Below are positions 8,132 through 16,304 of a stretch of DNA of 64,000 nucleotides, in pieces (position 1 is the first letter of the stretch; each line of letters starts with the position of its first letter). The stretch is from Nanobdellota archaeon. Lineage in GTDB: Archaea; Nanobdellota; Nanobdellia; Pacearchaeales; GW2011-AR1. The notes below the pieces were generated by a model. The model searched no databases and was not told the origin of the DNA. It saw only the letters and a program-made list of their open reading frames with translations. The translations under genes and the position numbers were made by a program. Location: NCBI GenBank assembly GCA_038045405.1, contig JBBSYF010000001.1, forward strand, positions 101,175 to 165,174, read 5' to 3'.

Positions 8132-8668
8132 TTAATTTACAAATAAGTTGTGTCTTTCCACAGATGTTAACTCTTTGATTATTCTTTTTTCAATTGCCCT
8201 TTCTGGATCGGGTAAGTTTTGAATTCTTTTTTTCATATCATCAAAACTTTCAAATGGCTTTTCTTTTCTTTGTTTAAGAATCTCTTGCATATGTTTTTTT
8301 CCTAAACCTGGAAGAAGCTCAATTTGATGCATTCTCTTATTTATTGCTTCTGACTTGTTAAAAAACTCCAAAAATTTAACTTCTCTTTCCTTAACTACCT
8401 TTTTGATGAACTCATGCAATGAACTTTTTGCTGACTCCGTCAATTTTTCCCTTGGTAATCTTCCCAAAATGTAGTATATCTTATCTCTCTTGCCGTCGCC
8501 TATGTAAACTCTCTCCCCTATTTCCAAAGAAATCCCCCTTCTAGGTACAAGTTCAAGCAGTGTCAAATTTAATTCTCCAATTGCTTGAGCCATAGGCATC
8601 ATCTTTCTCTCCAAAGGATAGCCATTTGGCAGATATTCTAAGACTATTGCGTATTCTTCTTTTTCCAT
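8132..8668 (-). CDS. DUF655 family predicted RNA-binding protein (HhH)
   Basis: EEYAIVLEYLP, LLELVP, RMHQIELLPGLGKKH; conserved position after rpoF. Confidence 0.9.
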   Translation of the reverse strand: MEKEEYAIVLEYLPNGYPLERKMMPMAQAIGELNLTLLELVPRRGISLEIGERVYIGDGKRDKIYYILGRLPREKLTESAKSSLHEFIKKVVKEREVKFLEFFNKSEAINKRMHQIELLPGLGKKHMQEILKQRKEKPFESFDDMKKRIQNLPDPERAIEKRIIKELTSVERHNLFVN

Positions 8669-8673
8669 TTTCT

Positions 8674-8979
8674 TTATTTGAATTCTTTGACAACGTCAAG
8701 TATTTTTTTTGATTCATCTTCGTCTAAACTAACATCAGTGAATATTTTGTTCAAATTCTCAGCATCTTCAGGTAAAAAATCAATAACTTTGGCAATATGT
8801 TCAAGTTTTACTTTTATTAAGTTTAAAGATTCAAGTTTTACTTTCATTTTTTTTGCGTCTTTATCATCCAATTTCACAAATCTCTTTATGAACTTTTTAA
8901 GCTCTGCCTCACTTTCTTTTTCTTCTCCAAGGTATTCTGTTGCTTCTGCCATACTTAGTGGAGTCATATTTTTTATCAT
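8674..8979 (-). CDS. rpoF: RNA polymerase subunit Rpo4 (F)
   Basis: KVIDFLPEDAENL, KILDVVKEF; L21e-RpoF-DUF655 synteny. Confidence 0.88.
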   Translation of the reverse strand: MIKNMTPLSMAEATEYLGEEKESEAELKKFIKRFVKLDDKDAKKMKVKLESLNLIKVKLEHIAKVIDFLPEDAENLNKIFTDVSLDEDESKKILDVVKEFK

Positions 8980-9251
8980 TGTGCTACCTTTTTTCCCATT
9001 ATCATTATTTTTTTAAGATGAACTGGTTCGATTATAAATTGTTTTTCCTTATTTATTTCTTTTATTTTTACTATATAAGACCTTCCTCGTTTGCCGGCTA
9101 TAATTCCCGTTCTTCCTTGAATTCTCCCCGGAAAACTAGACTGAACTGCTTGTTCTTCAACAACTGCCACAGAATCTCCCTCTTTAAACTCTTGAAAATA
9201 TCTACTCAATTGCAGTTTTCCTCTGGTCTTTATTTTTTTCTTTTTAGCCAT
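8976..9251 (-). CDS. rpl21e: 50S ribosomal protein eL21
   Basis: SRYFQEFKEGDSV, QGRTGII.GKRGRSY, PVHLK. Confidence 0.95.
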   Translation of the reverse strand: MAKKKKIKTRGKLQLSRYFQEFKEGDSVAVVEEQAVQSSFPGRIQGRTGIIAGKRGRSYIVKIKEINKEKQFIIEPVHLKKIMIMGKKVAQ

Positions 9252-9305
9252 ATAATCTTCAGATTTATTCTATTTAAAAACCTATCTTTAGGCTAGAAAT
9301 CGCTG

Positions 9306-9518
9306 TTATTTATCAAGTGAAATGCCTATTGTGTTCGTGGAAACAAGGTCTCCCTTTGCACTTGCATCTTCCATATTCTTTAGAATAGTATTAAACATCT
9401 TCTCTCCCCAAACACCTCTCCCGCATCTTGCGCAGAAATCAATCACACTTTCTATAGGGATATCAGTTTTACAATAAATACACTTCTTTTGCATTGACAT
9501 TTTCTCTTTTATTATCAC
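9306..9518 (-). CDS. small Zn-finger protein
   Basis: CIYC...CARC pair; true start may be a downstream Met. Confidence 0.7.
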   Translation of the reverse strand: MIIKEKMSMQKKCIYCKTDIPIESVIDFCARCGRGVWGEKMFNTILKNMEDASAKGDLVSTNTIGISLDK

Positions 9519-9597
9519 TTCAAAATTTTAAACTTTTTAAAGATTTGTGTTTATTTTTATTTTAAGTCAATAACAAATCGAATTTGTTACTTTATTC

Positions 9598-9687
9598 TCA
9601 TTCATAACGCAAAGCATCAACTGGCTTCAATCTGGAAGCTTGGTCATTTGTTATCTCAGAAAAATCAAGGATCTGAGCTTCCCTCAT
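9598..9687 (-). other. candidate 29-aa small ORF and/or structured small RNA
   Basis: MREAQILDFSEITNDQASRLKPVDALRYE behind a TTTAAATA box (9715-9722); internal GGAAGCT/AGCTTCC and CTCAGA/TCTGAG pairings. Confidence 0.35.
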
Positions 9688-9767
9688 CACCTTGAGTTCT
9701 TTAGCTACAAAGTGTATTTAAATCTAACTGTAAAAAGCTTTAAAAACCATAAATCAAGATTAGTATT

Positions 9768-9965
9768 ATGATAATCCCTGTTCGATGCTTCTCCTGCGGA
9801 AAACCTGTTGGTCATTTGTGGGAAGAATACAAAAAACGTGTAGCTGCTGGCGAAAAGCCAAAAAAAATTCTCGATGAACTTGGCCTTGAAAGATACTGCT
9901 GCAGAGCAATGTTCCTCGGACAAGAAGACTACATAGAGTTAGTAAGCAAGTTCAAGAAAAGTTAA
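9768..9965 (+). CDS. rpoN: RNA polymerase subunit Rpo10 (N)
   Basis: MIIPVRCFSCGK...RYCCR signature. Confidence 0.98.
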   Translation: MIIPVRCFSCGKPVGHLWEEYKKRVAAGEKPKKILDELGLERYCCRAMFLGQEDYIELVSKFKKS

Positions 9966-10032
9966 TTCTTTATTCTGTTTATAAAAATAGTACGAAAAAG
10001 AAGTTTTGAAACGTTCTTAAATTACCAAAAAG

Positions 10033-10064
10033 AAAATGAAAGCAAACATGAAATTTTCATTCAT
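10033..10064. repeat. 32-bp imperfect palindromic element, copy 1
   Basis: AAAATGAAAGCAAACATGAAATTTTCATTCAT; 29/32 identical to the reverse complement of 53408..53439. Confidence 0.8.
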
Positions 10065-10088
10065 CTTATTCAAGAAAAATAAAAATGA

Positions 10089-10200
10089 AAGACAGCACCA
10101 TTGCTTCGCGTCTTTTCGGACACTAACACAAGCGGCGTAGGAAGCTTAACTTCTGTGTTCGGAAAGGGAACAGGTGTTTCCAACCTACTATGGCCGTCTT
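10089..10200 (-). rRNA. rrf: 5S ribosomal RNA (stand-alone)
   Basis: Helix I AAGACGGC/GCTGTCTT, GGCCATAG, CCGAACACAGAAGTTAAG core; TTTATAAA upstream, U-rich tract downstream. Confidence 0.95.
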
Positions 10201-10262
10201 CTAAAATCACAGAAAGAAGAGGTTTATAAAGATTTTGTTCTGAATTCTTCTCTCGAGAATGC

Positions 10263-11111
10263 CTATCTTTTATACTTAAGACCTAAAGACTTCCAGTAAA
10301 TAAAACCAAAAAGAATTGAAATCAAGGTTGCTACTACAAGGACAATAACTAAGAATGGAGTGTGTGCACTGAAATAAGCTTCTGATAATGCAGGGATTCC
10401 AAATATTGCCCCAATAGTTCCCGGAACAGAAACCACAATACTAACAATGGTAAGGATGGTCATTATTACTGTAAGTCTGCCCATAGTATCATTTAGTTCT
10501 CTGTTAGATTTCATCTCAGACTTTGTTCTCAGAGATGCTATTCTGTATATGTGACTTCTACATCTTTCAAGCCAATATCTTGCTTCTGTACTTAAAACAT
10601 CATAATCAAAATTAACAAGTTCAGTATCGAATTGTTTGATATCTCTTTGTTTTAAAACAATGATTAGTTCAACAAAACTTTCCATTTTGTCTGTTAGTCT
10701 TCTTAGCGCTCTTCCAGAGTCTTCAACTAGGTCAAGAACGGGGTCTGATTCTAGCTCGTTCATTCTATCTCTAATGTTTTGAAACTGTTCGGAGTAATTT
10801 TTAAGGACGTGTTTTAGCATAAGAAAAGTCATAAGTGTACTCTCTCCATTAGGTTTCATTGAAGAAGTTTTGTAATTTTTACTGTGGTTGTTAAATCCCT
10901 TAGGAGCATAAACGAAAACGTTCTTCTTTGAAATGACTATAAGACATTTATCTTCAGTTTCACGATAAAGAGGAAAATACAATACCGAAACTTTGTCCTG
11001 ATAATCAAAAAAAGGCAGTTCTAATTTTAGTAATGAGTCAATGTCCCTTTGTATTTTAGCAGAAGAAAGGCTCTTTTTTATATCTTCTAATTTTTCAAAA
11101 AAATGAATCAT
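10263..11111 (-). CDS. CorA-like divalent cation transporter (non-canonical)
   Basis: Long cytoplasmic helices, NRELNDTMGRLTVI, two C-terminal TMs; FGIP replaces YGMN. Confidence 0.75.
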   Translation of the reverse strand: MIHFFEKLEDIKKSLSSAKIQRDIDSLLKLELPFFDYQDKVSVLYFPLYRETEDKCLIVISKKNVFVYAPKGFNNHSKNYKTSSMKPNGESTLMTFLMLKHVLKNYSEQFQNIRDRMNELESDPVLDLVEDSGRALRRLTDKMESFVELIIVLKQRDIKQFDTELVNFDYDVLSTEARYWLERCRSHIYRIASLRTKSEMKSNRELNDTMGRLTVIMTILTIVSIVVSVPGTIGAIFGIPALSEAYFSAHTPFLVIVLVVATLISILFGFIYWKSLGLKYKR

Positions 11112-11163
11112 CTTCTTTACTAAATAATAACCTTTAAAATATCTTCGCTTCTGTTTAAAGTAA

Positions 11164-11247
11164 GCGGGAATGCCAGAGTGGTCAAATGGGATGCGCTAAG
11201 GACGCATTGGCTTAGTGCCTGCGAAGGTTCAAATCCTTCTTCCCGCA
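11164..11247 (+). tRNA. tRNA-Leu(AAG)
   Basis: Body near-identical to tRNA-Leu(CAA); anticodon arm ATGCG-CTAAGGA-CGCAT, anticodon at 11198-11200. Confidence 0.93.
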
Positions 11248-11276
11248 TACAACATTAATTTCCTATTACGGAAGAC

Positions 11277-11351
11277 GCCCGGGTAGCTCAGCCTGGATAG
11301 AGCGAAAGGTTCCTAACCTTTAGGTCGCAGGTTCAAATCCTGTCTCGGGCA
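11277..11351 (+). tRNA. tRNA-Arg(CCT)
   Basis: GCCCGGG...CTCGGGC-A; anticodon arm AAAGG-TTCCTAA-CCTTT. Confidence 0.96.
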
Positions 11352-11379
11352 TGAGGTAAAAGTTAATTAATCCACCAAA

Positions 11380-12090
11380 ATGTACAAAACAAAAATAAAA
11401 AAATTTGTAAGAGAAGCTTCAATACCTCTGGTATTTTTAGTCCTATACTACTTTTTATTCCATTTTCAAAAATTTATTTCATTGCCAACTCAAGACAAGT
11501 TCATGGATTTAATCTTAAATTTCATGAATACCCAAAACATCTTTTTAATATTTTTAATAGCATTAGTTGAAGGGGGGCTGATCTTAGGTCAATATTCTCC
11601 AGGAGGTATTGTTATTTTTTTGAGTATAATGTCTGCAGAAGGAAATATTCCCAAAATGATTTTGCTTCTTTCAGTTATATCACTTGCTTATTTGTTAGCA
11701 TATTCCCTTGATTACCTCTTCGGTTATTATGGGGTAGAAACTGTCATTAAAAAATTAGGTTTTGAAAAAAAAGTTGAAAGATATCGAAAGCTCCTTGATA
11801 AGAATGTTTTTAGTACCATTTTCTTCAGTTACGCCGAAACAAATATTGCCTCGCTTGTGGCAGTATCTTCAGGATTGCTAAAAATCCCCTTCAAAAAATT
11901 CATATACTTCTCGGTAATTTCTGTTATCTTTTGGAACACTTTTTGGGCAGTTGTTCTTTACTTCTTTGGAAATGCCATCCTGAGCATATTTGGAACTACT
12001 TACCTCGTAATAATCTTAGCAATATGGGTTTTGATTGTTTTTTATAACAATTTCTTAAAAAAGGAAGAAACAATTAACGTAAGCTCTTAA
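11380..12090 (+). CDS. DedA/VTT-domain membrane protein
   Basis: ALVEGGLILGQYSPG, YLFGYYG, SSGLLKIPFKKF pattern. Confidence 0.8.
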   Translation: MYKTKIKKFVREASIPLVFLVLYYFLFHFQKFISLPTQDKFMDLILNFMNTQNIFLIFLIALVEGGLILGQYSPGGIVIFLSIMSAEGNIPKMILLLSVISLAYLLAYSLDYLFGYYGVETVIKKLGFEKKVERYRKLLDKNVFSTIFFSYAETNIASLVAVSSGLLKIPFKKFIYFSVISVIFWNTFWAVVLYFFGNAILSIFGTTYLVIILAIWVLIVFYNNFLKKEETINVSS

Positions 12091-12132
12091 AACCAAATAA
12101 AAATTCTTTATTCTCTTAACAATTTGTTAGAA

Positions 12133-12618
12133 TTAAACAACAAAGTAAAGAATCACTGTTGTATAAAATAAAACAATCAACTCATTCGTTACAAAATACT
12201 TTCCCGAAATTTCGTAGTTATTTTTTAACTTGAAAAGTAGGTAAAGGATAATTACTGATTGCAAGAGTATCACATGAAAGTAGATAAAAAAATCGCTAAA
12301 AAAGAAAATTGCGGCATCTTTTATGTAAGGTGTTATCAAAGAAGTTATGAGCAGGGTAACAAAAAACCCTTCAAAAAAATCACCCTTTTCTTTTCCCTCT
12401 TCTTTATCCTTTCTTGAAAAAATAGAGAACATTCCTTTTTGAAAAAGGTTTGAGAAAGCATATGCTAGACTTAATCCAACAAACCATGATGCTGGAGTCT
12501 TTATATAAGTAAATGACTTTTCAAATATACCAAAATTGGATATCTCTATCAGCGTTATCGCGCCCATAACCCCTAAGACCAAAAGTTCTAAGAGAAAAAA
12601 CTTTACATTCTTGTTCAT
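12133..12618 (-). CDS. hypothetical multi-pass membrane protein
   Basis: 161 aa with about five hydrophobic segments; TTTATTAA upstream. Confidence 0.7.
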   Translation of the reverse strand: MNKNVKFFLLELLVLGVMGAITLIEISNFGIFEKSFTYIKTPASWFVGLSLAYAFSNLFQKGMFSIFSRKDKEEGKEKGDFFEGFFVTLLITSLITPYIKDAAIFFFSDFFIYFHVILLQSVIILYLLFKLKNNYEISGKYFVTNELIVLFYTTVILYFVV

Positions 12619-12758
12619 GAGACAGAAGGTACACCAAATTTAATAAATCTTTACTACGTTACTTCTTCAGAATCAAAAGCCTTTAAAAGAGCTTATTTTT
12701 TAGTCCAGCGGTAGTACCAAATAGCAAAGTTTATAACTTTAATTTTCTTAACCAGAAC

Positions 12759-13631
12759 ATGCCTATCTTCGTAAAACTTACTAAAGAAGACAGAATTAGA
12801 CTATTCAAAGAAGCTAAGAAAAATCTAAATGGTCCATGGAACAAAGTTTACCCTCAGTTTAACATTAGTAAGTCAATGTTTTTTAACTACCTCTCTGGAA
12901 AATATGACATCCCCCAAGACATCTTCTTAAACCTGAAAAAAATAGCAAAATTTAACATATCTAACTATAAACAGTTCAATAAAAACAAATTCATAAAAAA
13001 AGAGATAAAAAATCCAATAATGGACAGTCACCTTGCAGAAATTCTAGGAGTTCTCAATGGTGATGGATACATATCTGATATTAAATATGAAATTAGTGTG
13101 GTTTTAAGTTCCTATGAAAAAAATTATGCTCTTTATCTAAAAAATATGTTTGAAAAAAAATTTAAAACTCATTTTAATCTCATTATTCAACCTGGGAAAA
13201 TCAGATTAAAGACTTATTCTACTGATATTTTTAAAATACTTACTTCTAACTATAACCTTCCAAATGGAAAGAAAAAAGGAAAATTAGCCATCCCAAAACA
13301 AGTTTTTACAAACAGAATATGGCTAATTTCTTATCTTAGGGGGTTATTTGACACTGATGGAAGTTTTTATATTAGAAGAAAAAAAGACCCTGTTATAGAG
13401 ATAAGTAGCGCAGATAAACGATTTTTAAACGAAGTAAAAGATACCTTAATCCATTTAGGATTTAATACATCTATTGGGACTAATAAAATTTCTATTTACA
13501 GAAAAGAAGATATCATCAAATTTTTCAATTTGATAAAACCTGCAAACTCAAAACATTTAAAAAAACATCAAAGTTACTTTAATTTAGGCGCTGGTAGTAT
13601 AATGGCTAGTATATCTGCCTTCCAGGCATAA
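12759..13631 (+). mobile_element. free-standing double-motif LAGLIDADG homing endonuclease with N-terminal HTH-like region
   Basis: LAEILGVLNGDG and YLRGLFDTDG motifs with catalytic Asp intact; no intein splice residues; own TTTATAA box at 12730; overlaps tRNA-Gly. Confidence 0.88.
13551..13563 (+). promoter_or_regulatory. putative TATA box of tRNA-Gly embedded in the LAGLIDADG ORF
   Basis: AAACATTTAAAAA; TTT starts 32 nt before tRNA +1, matching the 31-32 nt spacing of both tRNA-Leu genes. Confidence 0.55.
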
Positions 13632-13691
13632 AACCTTAAGGATTGAGTGCAAAGAAAGCAGATGGCCCGGGTTCGACTCCCGGCCGGCGCA
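13588..13691 (+). tRNA. tRNA-Gly(TCC) with a 32-nt intron at 37/38 (13625..13656)
   Basis: GCGCTGG/CCGGCGC acceptor, TCTGC-CTTCCA|A-GCAGA anticodon arm, TTCGACT T-loop; relaxed bulge-helix-bulge (CTTC/AAAG, GCAT/GTGC). Confidence 0.93.
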
Positions 13692-13700
13692 TTTTCAAAA

Positions 13701-14657
13701 ATGGACGAAAAAATAGAAAACAAAGGAGAACAGCATACAAACGCAGTTTTAAAAAAACATCCTGAAGCAAAAAAGAAATTTAACTTCAATTACGACAAAC
13801 ATTATGGAAAATTGTTCTTGATTCCAGTGATTCTCATGCTTTTCTCTGTAGGTTACTTATTCTATTTCTATTCTCAAACTGGAGAGTTCATTATCAAAGA
13901 TGTAAGTCTTTCAGGGGGAACAACTATAACTGTTTTCGGAAATTTTTCAGACACTGAAATTCAATCTTTGGAGAGTAGTTTAATGGCCCAGTATGACGAC
14001 ATCTCTTTCAGAAGGCTCACAGAGTCTACTTCAGGTAAGAGCTCTACATTTGTAATTGAAAGCCAAGAAGGGTCGGAAAAGATTACTGCCTCTATAGAAG
14101 AAATACTTGGAATAAAGCTCACACAACAAAACTCCAGCATAGAATTTTCGGATTCTGCTTTAGGTGAAAGTTTCTATCGTCAGTTAATTACCTCTTTGTT
14201 TATTTCTTTTGTATTAATGTCTATAGTTATCTTCATTCTTTTTAGGTCATTTGTTCCAAGTATGGCTGTGATCTTTGCAGCATTCTCTGACATAGTCATG
14301 CCTTTAGCCTTAATCGACTATTTAGGAATAAAACTTTCAGCAGCAGGAATTGCAGCATTCTTAATGTTAATAGGTTACTCGGTAGACACAGACATTCTTC
14401 TTACGACAAGAGCATTAAAGAAACAAGAAGGAACAATAAATGAAAGAATTTATGGAGCATTCAAAACAGGGATATTCATGAATGTAACTGCTTTAGCAGC
14501 AGTTCTTCCCGCATTTTTTATTGTAACGGGCTTACCAGACTCCTTTAGACAAATATTCTTCATTCTTGCATTAGGTTTAGTAGCGGACATTATTAACACA
14601 TGGCTTACAAATGCAAGTATAATCAAGTGGTATTGTGACAGGAAGGGAATAAAATGA
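13701..14657 (+). CDS. secF: protein translocase subunit SecF
   Basis: DVSLSGGT, FILFRSFVPS, LMLIGYSVDTDILLTTR, INTWLTN; start corrected to ATG 13701, after the tRNA. Confidence 0.93.
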   Translation: MDEKIENKGEQHTNAVLKKHPEAKKKFNFNYDKHYGKLFLIPVILMLFSVGYLFYFYSQTGEFIIKDVSLSGGTTITVFGNFSDTEIQSLESSLMAQYDDISFRRLTESTSGKSSTFVIESQEGSEKITASIEEILGIKLTQQNSSIEFSDSALGESFYRQLITSLFISFVLMSIVIFILFRSFVPSMAVIFAAFSDIVMPLALIDYLGIKLSAAGIAAFLMLIGYSVDTDILLTTRALKKQEGTINERIYGAFKTGIFMNVTALAAVLPAFFIVTGLPDSFRQIFFILALGLVADIINTWLTNASIIKWYCDRKGIK

Positions 14658-16300
14658 AAATATCTTGGAGAGTTTGGGTTTTGACCTTCGTACTCGCGCT
14701 TTCATTAGTTTCAATCCTTAACATTTCTTTGGCTTCCAACTTTCTCGTTGGGGCGTTAGTACTCTCAATTCCTTTCACTTTAACTTTTTCAAAATCAAGA
14801 ACAACAAAAGTGATCATCATGATTTTGACAGTGATTGCTCTCATACTAATAATCTTTTTTTCATTTCACAAAGGAGCGATAATAACTTCAATAAGTTCAG
14901 ATTCGGTATACTTTACTGATGGACTACGAAAAGGAATGATCATCACGTCAGTTAATAAGAATACGGTGACAAATGTTGAAGACTACATTGCTCAAATAAA
15001 TTTAATAGACTTCCAAGATTATACAAAAATTGAATTTCAAACAAACCAAGGCAATTTTCTTGTTTTGGCAAATCAAACACCAAACATTGTTGTTTCTAAT
15101 GTTCCAAAAACTAATCTAAAAACCGGACTTGACTTGGGTGGTGGAGCTCGTGCCGTTCTTAAGCCGATTAATACAACGCTCTCTCAAAATGACATGAATG
15201 ATTTAGTTTCAGTAACTTCGAGCAGGCTTAACGCTTTTGGAATAAGTGATGTCTCTGTTAGAGGTGTTTCTGATTTGGAAGGGAATAAATTCTTAATGGT
15301 AGAAGTTGCAGGAATGACTCGAGATGACTTAAAAGAAGTAGTGGGCCAACAAGGGAAATTCGAAGCAAAAATAGGGAATGAAACCTCTTTTGTCAAAGGA
15401 GAAAAAGATATCACTTTTGTTTGCAGAGGCGATGCAACTTGTGCGGGAATTGAATCTCTCGGACAAGATTCTTCGGGAGCATATGTCTCTAAATTTAAAT
15501 TCTCAGTATCTCTTAGTCAAGAAGCAGCACAGAGGCAAGCAAGAATAACACAAAATTTAACACTTGATCCTACAGATTCTCAGTCTCTATCAAAAAAATT
15601 AGACTTGTACGTGGATGACAAACTTGTTGAGTCTTTGTCAATAGGGGTTGGTCTAAAAGGTTCAGATACAACTCAGATTCAGATTTCTGGTTCTGGAAAA
15701 GGAGAAACACAACAAGAGGCAGATGATGATGCGCGTAACTCTATGAAAAAACTTCAGACTGTTCTTATAACTGGCAGTCTTCCTTACAAATTAGAGATTG
15801 TAAAATTAGATTCTTCCTCCCCTGTTTTAGGAAAAGATTTTACAAAAAATATAATAATTCTTGGCCTTGTCGTTTTCTCGATAGTTTCTCTTTTTATTTT
15901 TATAAGGTATAAGAAGATTAAAACAACCCTAGCAGTTATCTTAACAATGTTCTCTGAAGCAGTAATCACCTTAGGAATTGCCTCTTTACTTGCATGGAAC
16001 TTAGATGCTCCAAGTATTGCAGGAATTATTGCGGGAATAGGTACTGGAGTTAATGATCAAATTGTAATCATAGCAGAATCTGTTTCTGAAGAATCTTCAA
16101 CTTTAAAACAGAGAATCAAAAGAGCCTTTTTCATAATAATTGGAGCCTTTTTCACTATTTTTGCTGCAATGATACCTTTATTTTGGGCGGGGATTGGAAT
16201 GCTTCAAGGTTTTGCATTCACAACAATAATAGGGATAACTGCAGGAATTTTGATTACGAGGCCGGCATTCACAGAGATTATAAGAAGAATCGAGGAATAA
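14654..16300 (+). CDS. secD: protein translocase subunit SecD (with PDZ-like insert)
   Basis: GLDLGGGAR, RLNAFGISD, QQGKFEAKI, LITGSLP, IGTGVNDQIVI, ITRPAF. Confidence 0.93.
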   Translation: MKISWRVWVLTFVLALSLVSILNISLASNFLVGALVLSIPFTLTFSKSRTTKVIIMILTVIALILIIFFSFHKGAIITSISSDSVYFTDGLRKGMIITSVNKNTVTNVEDYIAQINLIDFQDYTKIEFQTNQGNFLVLANQTPNIVVSNVPKTNLKTGLDLGGGARAVLKPINTTLSQNDMNDLVSVTSSRLNAFGISDVSVRGVSDLEGNKFLMVEVAGMTRDDLKEVVGQQGKFEAKIGNETSFVKGEKDITFVCRGDATCAGIESLGQDSSGAYVSKFKFSVSLSQEAAQRQARITQNLTLDPTDSQSLSKKLDLYVDDKLVESLSIGVGLKGSDTTQIQISGSGKGETQQEADDDARNSMKKLQTVLITGSLPYKLEIVKLDSSSPVLGKDFTKNIIILGLVVFSIVSLFIFIRYKKIKTTLAVILTMFSEAVITLGIASLLAWNLDAPSIAGIIAGIGTGVNDQIVIIAESVSEESSTLKQRIKRAFFIIIGAFFTIFAAMIPLFWAGIGMLQGFAFTTIIGITAGILITRPAFTEIIRRIEE

Positions 16301-16304
16301 TGAG

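Noticed and set aside
9598..9700. C/D box sRNA (GUGAUGA...CUGA) or RNase P RNA
   Set aside because: Guide spacings are too short and no RNase P P4 3' strand is visible; kept only as an unassigned small ORF/RNA.
12759..13631. Intein- or group I intron-encoded endonuclease
   Set aside because: No host exteins or splice residues and no recognisable group I core; the gene has its own promoter and ATG.
13647..13700. N-terminal extension of SecF from GTG 13647
   Set aside because: It is the tRNA-Gly intron and 3' exon read as protein; ATG 13701 has the local AAAATG context.
13611..13770. Endonuclease-SecF fusion produced by intron splicing
   Set aside because: Removing the 32-nt intron continues in a frame different from SecF and stops shortly after.
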